From an uncultured Eubacteriales bacterium (GTDB lineage: Bacteria > Acidobacteriota > Aminicenantia > Aminicenantales > Aminicenantaceae): 64,000 nucleotides of DNA. The position numbers and the translations under genes are program-made. How positions within the stretch are numbered: position 1 is the first letter of the stretch; every line of letters starts with the position of its first letter. Under the pieces are notes generated by a model. The model ran no database searches, was not told the DNA's origin, and saw only the letters and a list, made by a program, of their open reading frames with translations. The stretch is from the NCBI GenBank assembly GCA_964645765.1, contig CAZYBE010000001.1:7456-71455 (forward strand), given 5' to 3'. Shown in pieces: positions 30,454 through 40,905 of the stretch.

Positions 30454-31050
30454 TTAAGATTCGCCCAGCTCAAACCGGGCAAACCGTTTTATGCGAATGT
30501 TCTCGCCAAATTTGGCGATATGAGAAGCAACAAGCTCCCTGACCGAAATCTTGTCGTCCTTGACGTAAGGCTGGTCCATTAAACAGACTTCCTGGTAGAA
30601 TTTGCTGAGTTTCCCCTGGATAATCTTCTCCACAACTTCTGGCGGCTTTTTTGAATCCTTGAATTGTTCGCGGATAATATCCTTTTCCTGCTCTAAAACC
30701 TGCGCGGGAACATCCTCTGAGGAGATGTACCTGGGCTTTGAGGCAGCGATATGCAAGGTAAGGTTTTTCACCAACTCTTGGAATTCTTGGTTACGGGCGA
30801 CAAAGTCTGATTCACAATTGACCTCGATAAGCACTCCAATCCTTCCGTTGAGATGAATGTAAGAACCGATTATCCCTTCTGCTGTCTCCCGGCTCATCTT
30901 ATCCTTGGCCCGGGCATATCCTTTTTTTCTCAAAACGAGAATAGCCTTTTCGATGTCTCCCTCGCTCTCCTGCAGAGCCTCCTTGCATTCCATGACTCCG
31001 ATCCCAGTCCGCTGCCGGAGCTCTTTGACCTTCTCAGTTGTGATTTCCAT
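30454..31050 (-). CDS. tsf: Translation elongation factor Ts
   Basis: 'VKELRQRTGIGVMECKEALQESEGDIEKAILVLRKKG'. Start placed at MEIT, which follows a GAGGAAGGA SD. Confidence 0.9.
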   Translation of the reverse strand: MEITTEKVKELRQRTGIGVMECKEALQESEGDIEKAILVLRKKGYARAKDKMSRETAEGIIGSYIHLNGRIGVLIEVNCESDFVARNQEFQELVKNLTLHIAASKPRYISSEDVPAQVLEQEKDIIREQFKDSKKPPEVVEKIIQGKLSKFYQEVCLMDQPYVKDDKISVRELVASHIAKFGENIRIKRFARFELGES

Positions 31051-31064
31051 AGCTTTTTCCTTCC

Positions 31065-31877
31065 TCAAACTGGCTTCTTGGGCTCACTTCCCATCCTCTC
31101 TTCACCTTCTTCAGAAGAAGATTCTGAAGCGCTAAGGGTTTCTTCCTTCGGTGGAGCCTCCTCCTTTTTGGCTTGCTGAAGCTCTTTCTGGATTTTATTC
31201 TTTTTGCCTTCGATGATAGCCTCAGAGACTTTCGATGTGAACAATTCAATGGCTCTGACAGCGTCATCATTTCCCGGAATCGGGTAGTCAATATTCTCCG
31301 GGTTGCCGTTGGTGTCAACAATAGCCACAATCGGAATGTTGAGCTTCTGCGCTTCGAGTATGGCTATCTCTTCTTTGGTCGAATCTATGATGAACATAGC
31401 TCCGGGGAGCTCGGCCAAATGTTTTATTCCCCCCAGATTCCTGCTGAGCTTTCTATAGACTTTTTCCATTTTCGACTGCTCTTTTTTTGAAAGAAGCTCC
31501 CATCGCCCGTCTTCTTTCATCTCTTCCAGCTCGACCAGCCTGCCCACACCGCCTTTGACGACATTGAAGTTGGTCAGCAATCCACCCAGCCATCGCTGGT
31601 TGACATAGCAGGATTCGCACTTCTGAGCAAGATCTCGGATGATGTCTTGAGCCTGTTTCTTGGTTCCGACCAGGAGAATTTCTTTGCCGCTCTCGACAAC
31701 GGTTCTTATGAAGTTAAGCGCTTCCTTGAAAATTTTAATCGTCTTCTGCAGGTCGATGATGTAGATTCCATTCCTCTGGCCAAAGATGTAATCCTTCATC
31801 TTCGGGTTCCACCTTTTTGTCTGGTGGCCAAAATGGACGCCAGCTTCTAAAAGTTCTTTCATCGTGACTGAAACCAA
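31065..31877 (-). CDS. rpsB: 30S ribosomal protein S2
   Basis: '[22 protein letters not shown]' is the canonical S2 N-terminus. Confidence 0.95.
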   Translation of the reverse strand: MVSVTMKELLEAGVHFGHQTKRWNPKMKDYIFGQRNGIYIIDLQKTIKIFKEALNFIRTVVESGKEILLVGTKKQAQDIIRDLAQKCESCYVNQRWLGGLLTNFNVVKGGVGRLVELEEMKEDGRWELLSKKEQSKMEKVYRKLSRNLGGIKHLAELPGAMFIIDSTKEEIAILEAQKLNIPIVAIVDTNGNPENIDYPIPGNDDAVRAIELFTSKVSEAIIEGKKNKIQKELQQAKKEEAPPKEETLSASESSSEEGEERMGSEPKKPV

Positions 31878-31891
31878 CTTAAATCCTCCCT

Positions 31892-32296
31892 TTATCTCTT
31901 GTGGTACTGAGGAGCCTTGCGGGCGCCCAGCAACCCATATTTCTTTCTTTCCTTGATCCTTGCGTCTCGGGTCAAAAGCCCGGCTCCCTTAAGTGTGGGC
32001 CTCAACTCCCTGTTGAACTCGGTTAATGCCCTGGCGATTCCCAATCGAATCGCATCAACCTGTCCGCTCACTCCGCCGCCGTTGACCCTGATGAAGATAT
32101 CAAATTTGCTCTCTGTCTCTGTCAGGCGGAGAGGCTGCTTGATGACGTGCTTTTGTCTTTCCAGGTGGAAATATTCATTGAACTGGCGAGGTGTTTTGTT
32201 CACGTATAAAGTGATGTCTCCTTTTCCAGGGCGGAGAAAGACCCTCGCCACTGATGTTTTTCTCTTCCCTGTTCCGTAATACTGGATTAAGCTCAA
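31892..32296 (-). CDS. rpsI: 30S ribosomal protein S9
   Basis: '[16 protein letters not shown]' and the C-terminal '[10 protein letters not shown]'. Confidence 0.95.
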   Translation of the reverse strand: MSLIQYYGTGKRKTSVARVFLRPGKGDITLYVNKTPRQFNEYFHLERQKHVIKQPLRLTETESKFDIFIRVNGGGVSGQVDAIRLGIARALTEFNRELRPTLKGAGLLTRDARIKERKKYGLLGARKAPQYHKR

Positions 32297-32304
32297 TTTT
32301 CCTC

Positions 32305-32733
32305 CTAAAACTCGTGAACCTGGGGTTTTTGAGCCTGATGAGGATGGTCAGGGCCTTTGTAGACCTTGAGCTTTTTATACAAAGCTCGGCCGAGCTTCCC
32401 TTTGGGAACCATTCCCCAGACTGCTCTTCGAATGACCTCTTCAGGTTTCTTCTCTAAAAGCTCTTTAAGGGTTTTGACTTTCAGCCCTCCGGGGTAAAGA
32501 GAATGAGAATAATATTTTTTGTCTTCAAGCTTTTTCCCGGTGACATGAATTTTTTCGGCATTGATGACAATCACGAAATCTCCGCAATCAAGAAAAGGGG
32601 TAAACTTAGGCTTCCTCTTTCCCCGGAGCAAAACTGCAATTTCAGTGGCCAGCCTTCCCAGGGTTTTTCCTTGGGCATCAATCAGCCACCAATTCTTGCG
32701 GATCTCACTTTTCTTCAGACTATACGTTTTCAT
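32305..32733 (-). CDS. rplM: 50S ribosomal protein L13
   Basis: '[32 protein letters not shown]'. Confidence 0.95.
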   Translation of the reverse strand: MKTYSLKKSEIRKNWWLIDAQGKTLGRLATEIAVLLRGKRKPKFTPFLDCGDFVIVINAEKIHVTGKKLEDKKYYSHSLYPGGLKVKTLKELLEKKPEEVIRRAVWGMVPKGKLGRALYKKLKVYKGPDHPHQAQKPQVHEF

Positions 32734-32849
32734 CGCTTTAAATCTCGGATTGTATGCCCTGAGGCAACGACGATGTTCTAAAATACAAAATCTTCAGCGA
32801 GTTGTCAACCTTTAACTGGCTAAAATCAATATCTTAACCTATTTGTTCA

Positions 32850-33542
32850 TCAATGAACCCAGACTCTTGCTCTTCTCCTTCTCATAAAAACTTTGACCAG
32901 GGCGATTCCAATCAAGAAACCGCCGACATGAGCAAACCAGGCTACGCCGCCTCCAATGCCGATATTCATCACCTGGCCCACAAACCAAAGTCCGAGAACG
33001 ATAAAAGCGGGCACAGGAATAATCCAGATAAAAACAAGGGTCAAAACCCTTGCCGCCGGGTAGAGGACAAAATAGGCACCGAGCACACCGGCAATGGCAC
33101 CGCTGGCTCCAATCATCGGGACCTTGGAAGAGGGATGGAAGATGATGTGAACAAGGCTCGCCCCCAATCCTGAGATAAGATAGAAAAAAATAAATCGAAT
33201 TGACCCGAGAAAATCCTCGATATTGTTGCCGAATATCCAGAGGTAGAGCATATTGCCGAAAAGATGGAGGAAGCCACCGTGAAGGAACATCGCTACGAGG
33301 AGTGTCAAAGGAGGAGATATTCGAGCGAGAGAGCCTCCCTGAAAACGAATATCGACAGAAGTGAAATGCGTGAGCTCGTAAGGAATGGCCCCCATCTTGT
33401 AAACATAGTATTGAAGCCCATACTGCATTCCCTGGGGAGAAAAAAATTGATAGAGGAAGATTAAGATATTCGCTGCGATAAAGACAACAGTGATTAAAGG
33501 AAATCGAGAAGTAGGGTTTTCATCTTTAAGCGGAATAAACAT
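32850..33542 (-). CDS. Rhomboid family intramembrane serine protease
   Basis: 'GASGAIAGVLGAY' catalytic Ser motif and an 'AHVGGFLIG' His helix. Confidence 0.85.
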   Translation of the reverse strand: MFIPLKDENPTSRFPLITVVFIAANILIFLYQFFSPQGMQYGLQYYVYKMGAIPYELTHFTSVDIRFQGGSLARISPPLTLLVAMFLHGGFLHLFGNMLYLWIFGNNIEDFLGSIRFIFFYLISGLGASLVHIIFHPSSKVPMIGASGAIAGVLGAYFVLYPAARVLTLVFIWIIPVPAFIVLGLWFVGQVMNIGIGGGVAWFAHVGGFLIGIALVKVFMRRRRARVWVH

Positions 33543-33603
33543 TTTTTATGGATTATGAAGGGAAAACTATCAAAAATTTATTTTGAAAGAAAGGTTTTTC
33601 TTC

Positions 33604-34629
33604 TTATTTCTTCCCTCTCAATTCGTCTTCAAGTCTTTTTCTTTCTGCGGCCCTTTTCCTTACTTCATCGCCTTTCTGTCCCCATCTATCCGCTTCAGCA
33701 AGGTATAAATCTTCCTTCTCTGGATAAAGGCCGACAAAAACGTTCCTGTAGAGGATGTTGAGGTATGTGTATGGGTCCGCAAAATTGGGATCCAGCTCAA
33801 TAGCTTTCATCAAGGCTTTTTCACTTTCTTCCCCACACTTTTGCTTTTCTTCATAAGAAAGAACATTCTGGAGACGAAAAGCCTTCCAATTTCGATTCAC
33901 TCCTATAGCATACCAGATTGAAGCATTATTCGGGTCAAATTTGAGGCGAAGCTTATGATATTCATAAGCTTTATCAAAGATAGGAGCGGGTTTGATATTG
34001 TCGTAGAATTGGGCAGCGTAAGCATAACCTTCCGGGTTTTCAGGGTCGAGCTCGATCCGTCTCAGATACATCTCTTCGGCTTTCTGGAATGGGGTCTTGA
34101 TGGCTCTCCCTTCTGCATCTTTCCTTTGCTCATCTGACCCGCCAGAATATTTTTGATAGAATTGGGCAACAACATAGTAGTTCCCCATGTTGGTCGGCTC
34201 CATCTGGAGAATCCTGAGGTATAATTTTTCAGATTCTTCAAAATTCTGCAGCTTATCGTACATATCGGCCAAGGAGTAAATAATTTGCTTGTTGTTAGGA
34301 AAGAGTTCAAGCGCCTTTTTTAATGCTTCCAGAGCTTTATCTGCCTTCTGTTTATTCTGCGCGCTCTCATCGCCGGGCTTGTAAAGGCTCTTGTAGCTTT
34401 CGCCGAGATATTGATAAGCTTCGGCAAGATTCGGGTTGCTGGCGACTGCCTTCTCATAATAATCGATGGCCTTGCGGTATTCTTCATTTTTGAAATACTG
34501 GTTTCCCTGGGAAAAATTATAATTGGCTGTTAGTCTGCTGACCTTTAGCTTCCCGCAGCCTGATGAAGCAAAGATTAAGCCCAACGCGATGAAAACGAAC
34601 AACGCTGTTCTTGACGCTTTGCTCGACAT
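33604..34629 (-). CDS. TPR-repeat lipoprotein
   Basis: Start set at MSSKAS with an AGGAGG SD; lipobox-like 'FASSGC'; multiple TPR motifs. Confidence 0.6.
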   Translation of the reverse strand: MSSKASRTALFVFIALGLIFASSGCGKLKVSRLTANYNFSQGNQYFKNEEYRKAIDYYEKAVASNPNLAEAYQYLGESYKSLYKPGDESAQNKQKADKALEALKKALELFPNNKQIIYSLADMYDKLQNFEESEKLYLRILQMEPTNMGNYYVVAQFYQKYSGGSDEQRKDAEGRAIKTPFQKAEEMYLRRIELDPENPEGYAYAAQFYDNIKPAPIFDKAYEYHKLRLKFDPNNASIWYAIGVNRNWKAFRLQNVLSYEEKQKCGEESEKALMKAIELDPNFADPYTYLNILYRNVFVGLYPEKEDLYLAEADRWGQKGDEVRKRAAERKRLEDELRGKK

Positions 34630-34731
34630 CCTGACCTCCTTTGTCTTCAAGTCCATTCTTCTCTAAAAATTTAATTTATAAAAATATGCCATCAAAGTCA
34701 AGAAAAACAGGGAGTTGCACTCTTCCCCGAT

Positions 34732-36057
34732 TCAGCCCTTTCTCATGAGCAAGCGGATGGGCGTTCCCCAGAAACCAAACTTTTCCCGCAAAAGTTTGGT
34801 GAAAAATTTCTGATAGGAAGGAGCAAGGGATAGCCGCGAAGAACTGAAGAGGGCAAATGTCGGAGGGAGGGTTCCCTTTTGAGTCATGTATTTTATCCTG
34901 AATCTTTTCTTGTCTTTTGAGAGAGGGGAATAATTCTTGTTCACCCCAGATAAAAATCTGTTCAGCTGCGATGTTGCTACTCTTTTGCACCCGTTCCGGT
35001 AGACTTGCTCGGCGAAGTCAAGAATATTTATAACTCTTTGCCCGGTTAGAGCCGAGATAAAGAGAAGGGGCGCGTAACTGACAAAGTCGAGCCTGGCATA
35101 AACTCGGTTCCTAAAATTCTCTGAAGTCTTATGGTCTTTCTCGACCAAATCCCACTTGTTCAGGGCAATGAGTAACGGTCTCCCCGATTCATGGGACAAA
35201 TGGGCGATGGCCAAATCTTGACGGGTGGCAAATTCCCTGGCATCCATGGTCAAGCAAACAACATCCGCCTGGGTGATATCCTTCTTGGCTTTGATGATAC
35301 TCGCCTTTTCTCTTCTATCGCGGGTGCGGATCAGTTTCTTTATTCCTGCGGTATCGACCAGGACGAAAGCTTTTTTCTCCCTGAAGATCATAGTATCGGT
35401 GCTATCCCTGGTCGTTCCAGGAATCTCACTAACGATGAGCCTCGGCTCCCCGCAGATGCGGTTGACGATAGAAGATTTTCCGACATTGATCCGGCCGACA
35501 ATGGCTATCCGCAGCGGCTTTGTTTCCCTTTTTTCTGTAACAGGCCCGGGCAAGACTTCAATAAGGCCTGACTCAAGAATCTCCAGATTTCTTTTATGCT
35601 CGGCTGATATGGCAAAGATTTTCTCCGCTCCCAGCCGGTAATAATCGCCAAGCTTGGCTTCCTCGGGTGGAGTATCGATCTTGTTGACCACGACAAAAAC
35701 CGGCTTGTTCAACTTTTTCAAAGAAAAATAAAGCTCCTCCTCTGCCGGAAGGAGTTCGCGCTTTCCATCCAGGACAAAAAGGACAAGGTCTGCCTTCTCG
35801 GCAGCCTGCTTTGCCTTTTCTCTGACCAAAGACGAGATGGGGTCTTCTGCAGAATCGTAAAATCCTCCGGTATCAACCAGGATAAACTTCTTTGTGTCCA
35901 AGAAGCAGATGGAAGAGACCTGGTCGCGGGTCATGCCGGGCAAGGAATGAACAAGCGATTTGCGCTCTTTCGAAAGACGGTTAAAGAGGGTGGATTTCCC
36001 GACATTGGGGAAGCCGATGATGGCAACATTCGGTAGTTTTTTCATCGAGAAGCTCAT
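34732..36057 (-). CDS. der: Ribosome biogenesis GTPase Der (EngA)
   Basis: Two tandem GTPase domains ('GFPNVGKSTLFNRL' and 'GRINVGKSSIVNRI') plus a KH-like C-terminus. Confidence 0.95.
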   Translation of the reverse strand: MSFSMKKLPNVAIIGFPNVGKSTLFNRLSKERKSLVHSLPGMTRDQVSSICFLDTKKFILVDTGGFYDSAEDPISSLVREKAKQAAEKADLVLFVLDGKRELLPAEEELYFSLKKLNKPVFVVVNKIDTPPEEAKLGDYYRLGAEKIFAISAEHKRNLEILESGLIEVLPGPVTEKRETKPLRIAIVGRINVGKSSIVNRICGEPRLIVSEIPGTTRDSTDTMIFREKKAFVLVDTAGIKKLIRTRDRREKASIIKAKKDITQADVVCLTMDAREFATRQDLAIAHLSHESGRPLLIALNKWDLVEKDHKTSENFRNRVYARLDFVSYAPLLFISALTGQRVINILDFAEQVYRNGCKRVATSQLNRFLSGVNKNYSPLSKDKKRFRIKYMTQKGTLPPTFALFSSSRLSLAPSYQKFFTKLLREKFGFWGTPIRLLMRKG

Positions 36058-36083
36058 CCTTTTTCAGGTCAAGAATGCAGAGG

Positions 36084-36662
36084 CTAATCCGCCACCAAAT
36101 CGTAAAGCGGCAGAAAAGGTCGGCTCAGGTTGATATGGCCACTCAGTGTTTCTCTCTCCTGCCCTTCGATCAGGATGAAGACTTTTTTGATCGAATCAAA
36201 ATTGTAAGCGAGGGAATTGACTATAGAATAAACCGTGGAAATTTCAGCCGTGGAGCCTGAAAGATTCTTCTGGACAATATCCTCTGAAAAATCGACATAG
36301 GCCACTCCCTCCTTGGTCAGATAGAGCTCTCTCAGCTTTGTCTCTGGAGGAACCGGGGAGATCAGGCCCTTCTTGGAGCCTTTTATCAGCTCCTCGATGG
36401 TTTGCTTGGCCTGGCTAACAACGGACGAGTCCGAAGCTATATCTCTTTCTTCCCGATGGAGCAGGGCATCATTTTCTGAGAGGAAAAAGAGGATAACTTT
36501 TCTTGTTTTTTCAGGCGTTGGAGCTTTCAGCCCAGGTTGAGCAGGGGGAGCCTCAGGAGAGGATTTTATCTTCTCCTCCACTCCGCTGCGGAAAAAAACA
36601 AGGACAAGAATGACCAAGAAAACAAGGAGAAGGCTTAGAATTGCCAGTCTTTTCCCGCTCAT
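36084..36662 (-). CDS. GerMN-domain protein
   Basis: N-terminal TM. 'AYVDFSEDI...TLSGHINLSRP' resembles the GerMN domain. Translationally coupled to the amidase gene. Confidence 0.5.
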   Translation of the reverse strand: MSGKRLAILSLLLVFLVILVLVFFRSGVEEKIKSSPEAPPAQPGLKAPTPEKTRKVILFFLSENDALLHREERDIASDSSVVSQAKQTIEELIKGSKKGLISPVPPETKLRELYLTKEGVAYVDFSEDIVQKNLSGSTAEISTVYSIVNSLAYNFDSIKKVFILIEGQERETLSGHINLSRPFLPLYDLVAD

Positions 36663-37486
36663 CTTTTCCCTTCTTCAGAAGATTGAGCAATATAATTTTC
36701 CAAACCTCTAAACACTGCCTGAGCAACTTTCATCTGAAAATCTTCGCTCCTTAATTTTCTCTCCTCTTCAGGGTCAGAAATAAAGGCCACTTCAACCAGG
36801 ACCGCAGGACAGGCCACCCCGCATAAGACTTTAAACGGCGCCTGCTTGATTCCTCTGTTCTTTGTTAAGAAGAGTGAGTTGAGCTCGTTCTGGATGCCTT
36901 CAGCAAGAATGCTGCTTTGGTTGAGGTAGGCGGTCTGAGCCATGTCCCATAAAATCATCTTAATGTCATCTTCGTTTTCGCTGCTGATTCCCTTCTCTAA
37001 TTCTGTGGGATTGTTCTCCATGTAAGCCAACTTTCTCGCTTCTTCGTCAGTCGCTTCCATGCTCAGAAAAAATGTCTCCGACCCGCGAGCTTCTCTGCGA
37101 AAAGAGCTGTTGACATGAATGCTGATGAACAAGTCAGCCTTGTTGTTATTGGCCCTGGCCGCTCTATTTTCAAGGGAAACATCGACATCTTCATCTCTGG
37201 TCAGAACGACCCGAAGAGCCAAATTCCGCTCTATTATAGCTTTCAGCTTGAGGCTGACAGCCAGAGAAATGTTCTTCTCCAGAGTTCCAAACCTGCCTTT
37301 TGCTCCTGGTTCCAAGCCGCCGTGGCCCGGGTCAATGACGATGGTTTTTATCCCCCGAGAGAAAGAGTTACTCGGTTTTGAGATATCTTGGGCTTTCGGA
37401 GAGGATTGGTCTTGAGAAAAGGAGAAGAGAGAGAAGAAGAGAAGAAATCCTGCTGAGAATGCAATTTTTTTATTCCAGCCACACAA
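36659..37486 (-). CDS. N-acetylmuramoyl-L-alanine amidase (Amidase_3, AmiC/CwlD-like)
   Basis: 'IVIDPGHGG...GAKG' and 'DLFISIHVNSS' zinc-binding motifs. Confidence 0.85.
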   Translation of the reverse strand: MCGWNKKIAFSAGFLLFFSLFSFSQDQSSPKAQDISKPSNSFSRGIKTIVIDPGHGGLEPGAKGRFGTLEKNISLAVSLKLKAIIERNLALRVVLTRDEDVDVSLENRAARANNNKADLFISIHVNSSFRREARGSETFFLSMEATDEEARKLAYMENNPTELEKGISSENEDDIKMILWDMAQTAYLNQSSILAEGIQNELNSLFLTKNRGIKQAPFKVLCGVACPAVLVEVAFISDPEEERKLRSEDFQMKVAQAVFRGLENYIAQSSEEGKR

Positions 37487-37516
37487 TTCTTTTCTTTGTC
37501 TCTCAGAGATTAAATT

Positions 37517-37864
37517 TGGAGGCGGCGGGAATCGAACCCGCGTCCGAAGACATTCAACACGAGGCTTCTACATGCATATCCTCTCCTTCAATCTCGTTCT
37601 GCAGCGTCCGAAGAGGAGGGACACAGCCGAACCAGCCCCGATGGAACTTCGCTTGCCAGGCCCAGGACCAACCCGGCTTGCTATCCCGCTTGTCGACGTT
37701 TCTCAAGCGCCGCAGGAGAGCACTTGAAAACCGGCATGCCTATTCTTTAGGCAGCAACAGGCAGAGTTTCTGCGCTTAGTTTTTTTTCCACCGTTTAACG
37801 AGGTGGGTGGGACCTCGACATGCCGCCTTTGTCTCATTGTCTCCGTCGAATCCTGTTCGCCCCC
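37517..37864 (-). ncRNA. ssrA: tmRNA (transfer-messenger RNA)
   Basis: 5' GGGGGCGAACAGGATTCGACGG and 3' tRNA-like end ...GGACGCGGGTTCGATTCCCGCCGCCTCCA. An internal reading frame ends ...GAA ACT CTG CCT GTT GCT GCC TAA, giving a tag that ends ...ETLPVAA. CCA is not encoded. Confidence 0.9.
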
Positions 37865-37960
37865 ATAACTCAAGCTAAGATTATATTTTGACCTGAAATC
37901 TTTGTCAACACATTGAATTTCAAAGGAACGATCTTTCTTTCCGTGGTGAAAAGCCTCGTT

Positions 37961-38113
37961 ATGGATCAGGCTGGGTGTCTCGAAGACACGCCGCTTTTGC
38001 CCCAGCGAGTCAAAAGCGGCTCGATTCCAGGCTTCGCTCTCCTCTCCCTTCGGTCGAGGAACCATGCCCGCTCAGCCCTCCATACGGTCTTCTCAACACC
38101 CAGCCTGATCCAT
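37961..38113. repeat. Family-1 repeat, copy D (about 153 bp), adjacent to the tmRNA 5' end
   Basis: Perfect 17-bp TIRs atggatcaggctgggtg / cacccagcctgatccat. Conserved hairpin and core. Confidence 0.85.
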
Positions 38114-38165
38114 TTCATACCACGAATTTGCGGATTCTTCTAATTTTAAATATTAAAAACGAATT

Positions 38166-39029
38166 CTACTTAACTGCCCTCATACACAATTGAAGGGGAA
38201 GGAAAAACCTGGAAAGAAATCTTTGCGGCTTTTTTGGCAGCCATTCAAGCATTGCCTCTGCGGTCTTAAAATAACAAAATGGAATTCTTACATACTTCTT
38301 ATTCAGCTTCCTGTTTATCCGCCAGAATCCGTCCCATGAAGTAAAATTCACCCGCTTGAGTATTTCCTCAACCTCTGAATACGTCCATTCTTTCAGGTGG
38401 AACCCCTCTGGCTCATCTGAAAAATATTTAGAGATATCATGAGGCCCGAAAAAAGCATGGGGCGTTCTGAATATATACGAACCGCCACTGAGGAGAATTC
38501 TTTTCACAAGCCAAAAATGGTCTTCGATATCTTCAGGATGGAGATGCTCGATAAGCTGGTCACTGAAGGCAACATCAACTGAATCGCTTTCGATGTCCAG
38601 GTTAAAGCCGTCGTAAATAATCAATTCGAAGTTCGCTGGGACATGAAGTTTTTCCAGTCTTTGATCGGAAATATCCACGGCGTAGACTTTCTTGACATGT
38701 TTGCAAACCTCGAAAGCAAAATGACAATCTCCAGGGCCAAATTCAACAAAAATAGTGGAATCATTCAGGTGCTCCTTCACCAACTGCAATTTCTGTCTGT
38801 TAGAAGCTCGGATTTCATCAATACCTTTCTTTGCCTTATTCCTGGGATGATCGGGAACATTTGTGAAAAGCTCATCATACAAAACAGGAAAAAGCTTTTT
38901 TCTCTCTTCTCTATTAGCTTTTTTTAATTTCATTGCAATAGAACTTTCGACTTCATAATGCCTTCTCACCTCTTCAAAAGTCCTGTCTCTCGGAAGTTTC
39001 CTTTTTAGCTTCATTGAATCTTTTGACAT
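38166..39029 (-). CDS. Class I SAM-dependent methyltransferase
   Basis: Motif I 'VEFGPGDCHFAFEV' and motif II 'VYAVDISD'. Confidence 0.7.
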   Translation of the reverse strand: MSKDSMKLKRKLPRDRTFEEVRRHYEVESSIAMKLKKANREERKKLFPVLYDELFTNVPDHPRNKAKKGIDEIRASNRQKLQLVKEHLNDSTIFVEFGPGDCHFAFEVCKHVKKVYAVDISDQRLEKLHVPANFELIIYDGFNLDIESDSVDVAFSDQLIEHLHPEDIEDHFWLVKRILLSGGSYIFRTPHAFFGPHDISKYFSDEPEGFHLKEWTYSEVEEILKRVNFTSWDGFWRINRKLNKKYVRIPFCYFKTAEAMLEWLPKKPQRFLSRFFLPLQLCMRAVK

Positions 39030-39152
39030 GGATGGAAGATTAATTTTCTGTTCATAAGAGAAATTTGGAAGAAGGCCTTTCCATTTCTTCTTGTTATTCT
39101 GTTTACTCGGCGGGAGAATATCAATTCGTTAGATAAGAGTCAACATTGGGAA

Positions 39153-39230
39153 TGGCGGGGCCGACGAGACTCGAACTCGCGACCTCTGGCGTGACAGGCC
39201 AGCGTTCTAACCAAACTGAACTACGACCCC
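39153..39230 (-). tRNA. tRNA-Asp (anticodon GTC), CCA encoded
   Basis: GGGGTCGTAGTTCAGTTTGGTTAGAACGCTGGCCTGTCACGCCAGAGGTCGCGAGTTCGAGTCTCGTCGGCCCCGCCA, with anticodon loop CTGTCAC. Confidence 0.9.
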
Positions 39231-39301
39231 GCCGCAGGGTAATAAAATTATAGTCACAACATACCAGAGTTGCAATAGTTTTGTAGGTAATGAATACACT
39301 T

Positions 39302-39337
39302 GAGATTGCCACGCTCCCTTCGGGAGCTCGCAATGAC
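39302..39337. repeat. Family-2 element, half copy (right arm only) next to tRNA-Asp
   Basis: GAGATTGCCACGctCCCTTCGGGagCTCGCAATGAC matches the right arm of the 29580 element. The UUCG-capped mini-hairpin is preserved. Confidence 0.7.
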
Positions 39338-39362
39338 GACACAGAGCAAAAAAGAAAGAGCC

Positions 39363-40262
39363 CTACATTTTTTCAAGGGCAGCGATTCTTGCCTCGACGG
39401 GAGGATGAGTGCTGAACATGTTGTTGACCGCTCCCTTCAAATCCTTGAGCGGGTTGACGATGTAGAGATGGGCTGTCGCCTTGTTGGCTGCCTCCAGAGG
39501 CTCGGTGTCAGCGGCAATCTTCTTCAAAGCAGAGGCAAGGCCAGGAGGATAGCGGGTGAGAAAAGCGCCGTTGGCATCAGCCAGGAATTCTCTCTTGCGG
39601 GAAATGGCAAAGCGAATGACCTGGGCGATAAGCGGAGAAAGAACAGCCAGCACAAGTCCGGCCACAACCAGTATGGCAGCAGCATTGCCGCCTTTTCCCC
39701 TATTGGTTCTTGCTCTTCTCCTCCCTCCTCCCCAGAAAAAACTCCTGAGAATCCAGTCGCTGAGCAAGGCAACGACTCCGACCATGACCACGGCCAAGGT
39801 CTGAACGAGGACATCGTAATTCTTGATGTGGGACATCTCATGGGCAATCACCCCTTCGAGCTCCACCCTGTTCAGTTTCTGGAGCAAGCCTTTGGTGACG
39901 ACGACGACTGAATTTTTCGGGTTTCTACCCGAGGTGAAAGCATTGGGCGCAGTGTCATCGATAATATAACAGCGAGGCTTGGGCAGGCCGGCGGCAATAG
40001 CCAGGCCTTCAACGACATTGTAGAGATAAGGATAATCTTGCTTCTCAACCGGCTTGGCCCGGCTCATGGCCAGAACGATTTTATCGCTGTAATAATAACT
40101 GGCAAAAGTCGAGGCCACAGCGATGATGGCGGCCAGAATCAATCCCTGAGTTCCGAAGCCTGTCAGCTCTCCAAAAAGCCAGGCCAAAAGAAAAACCCAG
40201 CTAAGAAAAAACAGAATAAGAAAGAACGATTTCCATTTGTTTCGGGCAATCTGTTCATACAT
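39363..40262 (-). CDS. htpX: M48-family zinc metalloprotease (HtpX homologue)
   Basis: 'GVIAHEMSHIKNYD' HExxH motif with four TM segments. Confidence 0.9.
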   Translation of the reverse strand: MYEQIARNKWKSFFLILFFLSWVFLLAWLFGELTGFGTQGLILAAIIAVASTFASYYYSDKIVLAMSRAKPVEKQDYPYLYNVVEGLAIAAGLPKPRCYIIDDTAPNAFTSGRNPKNSVVVVTKGLLQKLNRVELEGVIAHEMSHIKNYDVLVQTLAVVMVGVVALLSDWILRSFFWGGGRRRARTNRGKGGNAAAILVVAGLVLAVLSPLIAQVIRFAISRKREFLADANGAFLTRYPPGLASALKKIAADTEPLEAANKATAHLYIVNPLKDLKGAVNNMFSTHPPVEARIAALEKM

Positions 40263-40280
40263 CCTGAATTCGGTCGGCGA

Positions 40281-40835
40281 TTAAAACTGCACTTTCACCG
40301 GTCCCTTGGCTTCAGCTTCCTCAATCTCAAAATATTCTTTTTCCTTGAAGTTAAACATCCCGGCGATGATGTTGGAAGGGAAAACCTGCTGTTTGACGTT
40401 AAACTTCATCACCGAGTCATTGTAGAATTGCCGGGCATAGGCAACCTTTCCTTCTGTTCCGGCCAGCTCCTCCTGGAGCATCAAGAAATTCTGGTTGGCT
40501 TTGAGCTCAGGATAGTTCTCAACGACAGCAAAAAGAGATTTCAAAGCTCCTCTGAGCATATTCTCAGCTTCCCCTTGTTCTTTAACTGACTCGGCGTTCA
40601 TGGCCTTGGAACGGGCTTCAGTGACCCTCTGGAAAACTTCCCTTTCGTGCTTGGCATAGCCCTTGACGGTCTCCACCAAGTTAGGGATAAGGTCGTACCT
40701 TCGCCTCAACTGGACATCAACCTGGGCCCAAGCGTTGTCGCATCGATTCCTCAAACCAATCAGGCTGTTGTAGAAACCGACAAAGATGATCACGATGACA
40801 ACCAAGGCAATGAGTAAGATCAATGCAATTCCCAT
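40281..40835 (-). CDS. LemA family protein
   Basis: Start at MGIALILL (TM). '[25 protein letters not shown]' is the LemA signature. Paired with htpX. Confidence 0.85.
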   Translation of the reverse strand: MGIALILLIALVVIVIIFVGFYNSLIGLRNRCDNAWAQVDVQLRRRYDLIPNLVETVKGYAKHEREVFQRVTEARSKAMNAESVKEQGEAENMLRGALKSLFAVVENYPELKANQNFLMLQEELAGTEGKVAYARQFYNDSVMKFNVKQQVFPSNIIAGMFNFKEKEYFEIEEAEAKGPVKVQF

Positions 40836-40905
40836 ATTTGTCTCCTCAAAAGCGAAAAATTTTATCCTAAATAATAAACTATTTTGAAAGGCAAAAGTCA
40901 AATAC

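Noticed and set aside
39300-39911. 203-aa ORF on the plus strand starting inside the family-2 half-repeat and running antisense to htpX
   Set aside because: It lies entirely antisense to a well-supported HtpX CDS, starts inside a repeat, and has low-complexity composition.
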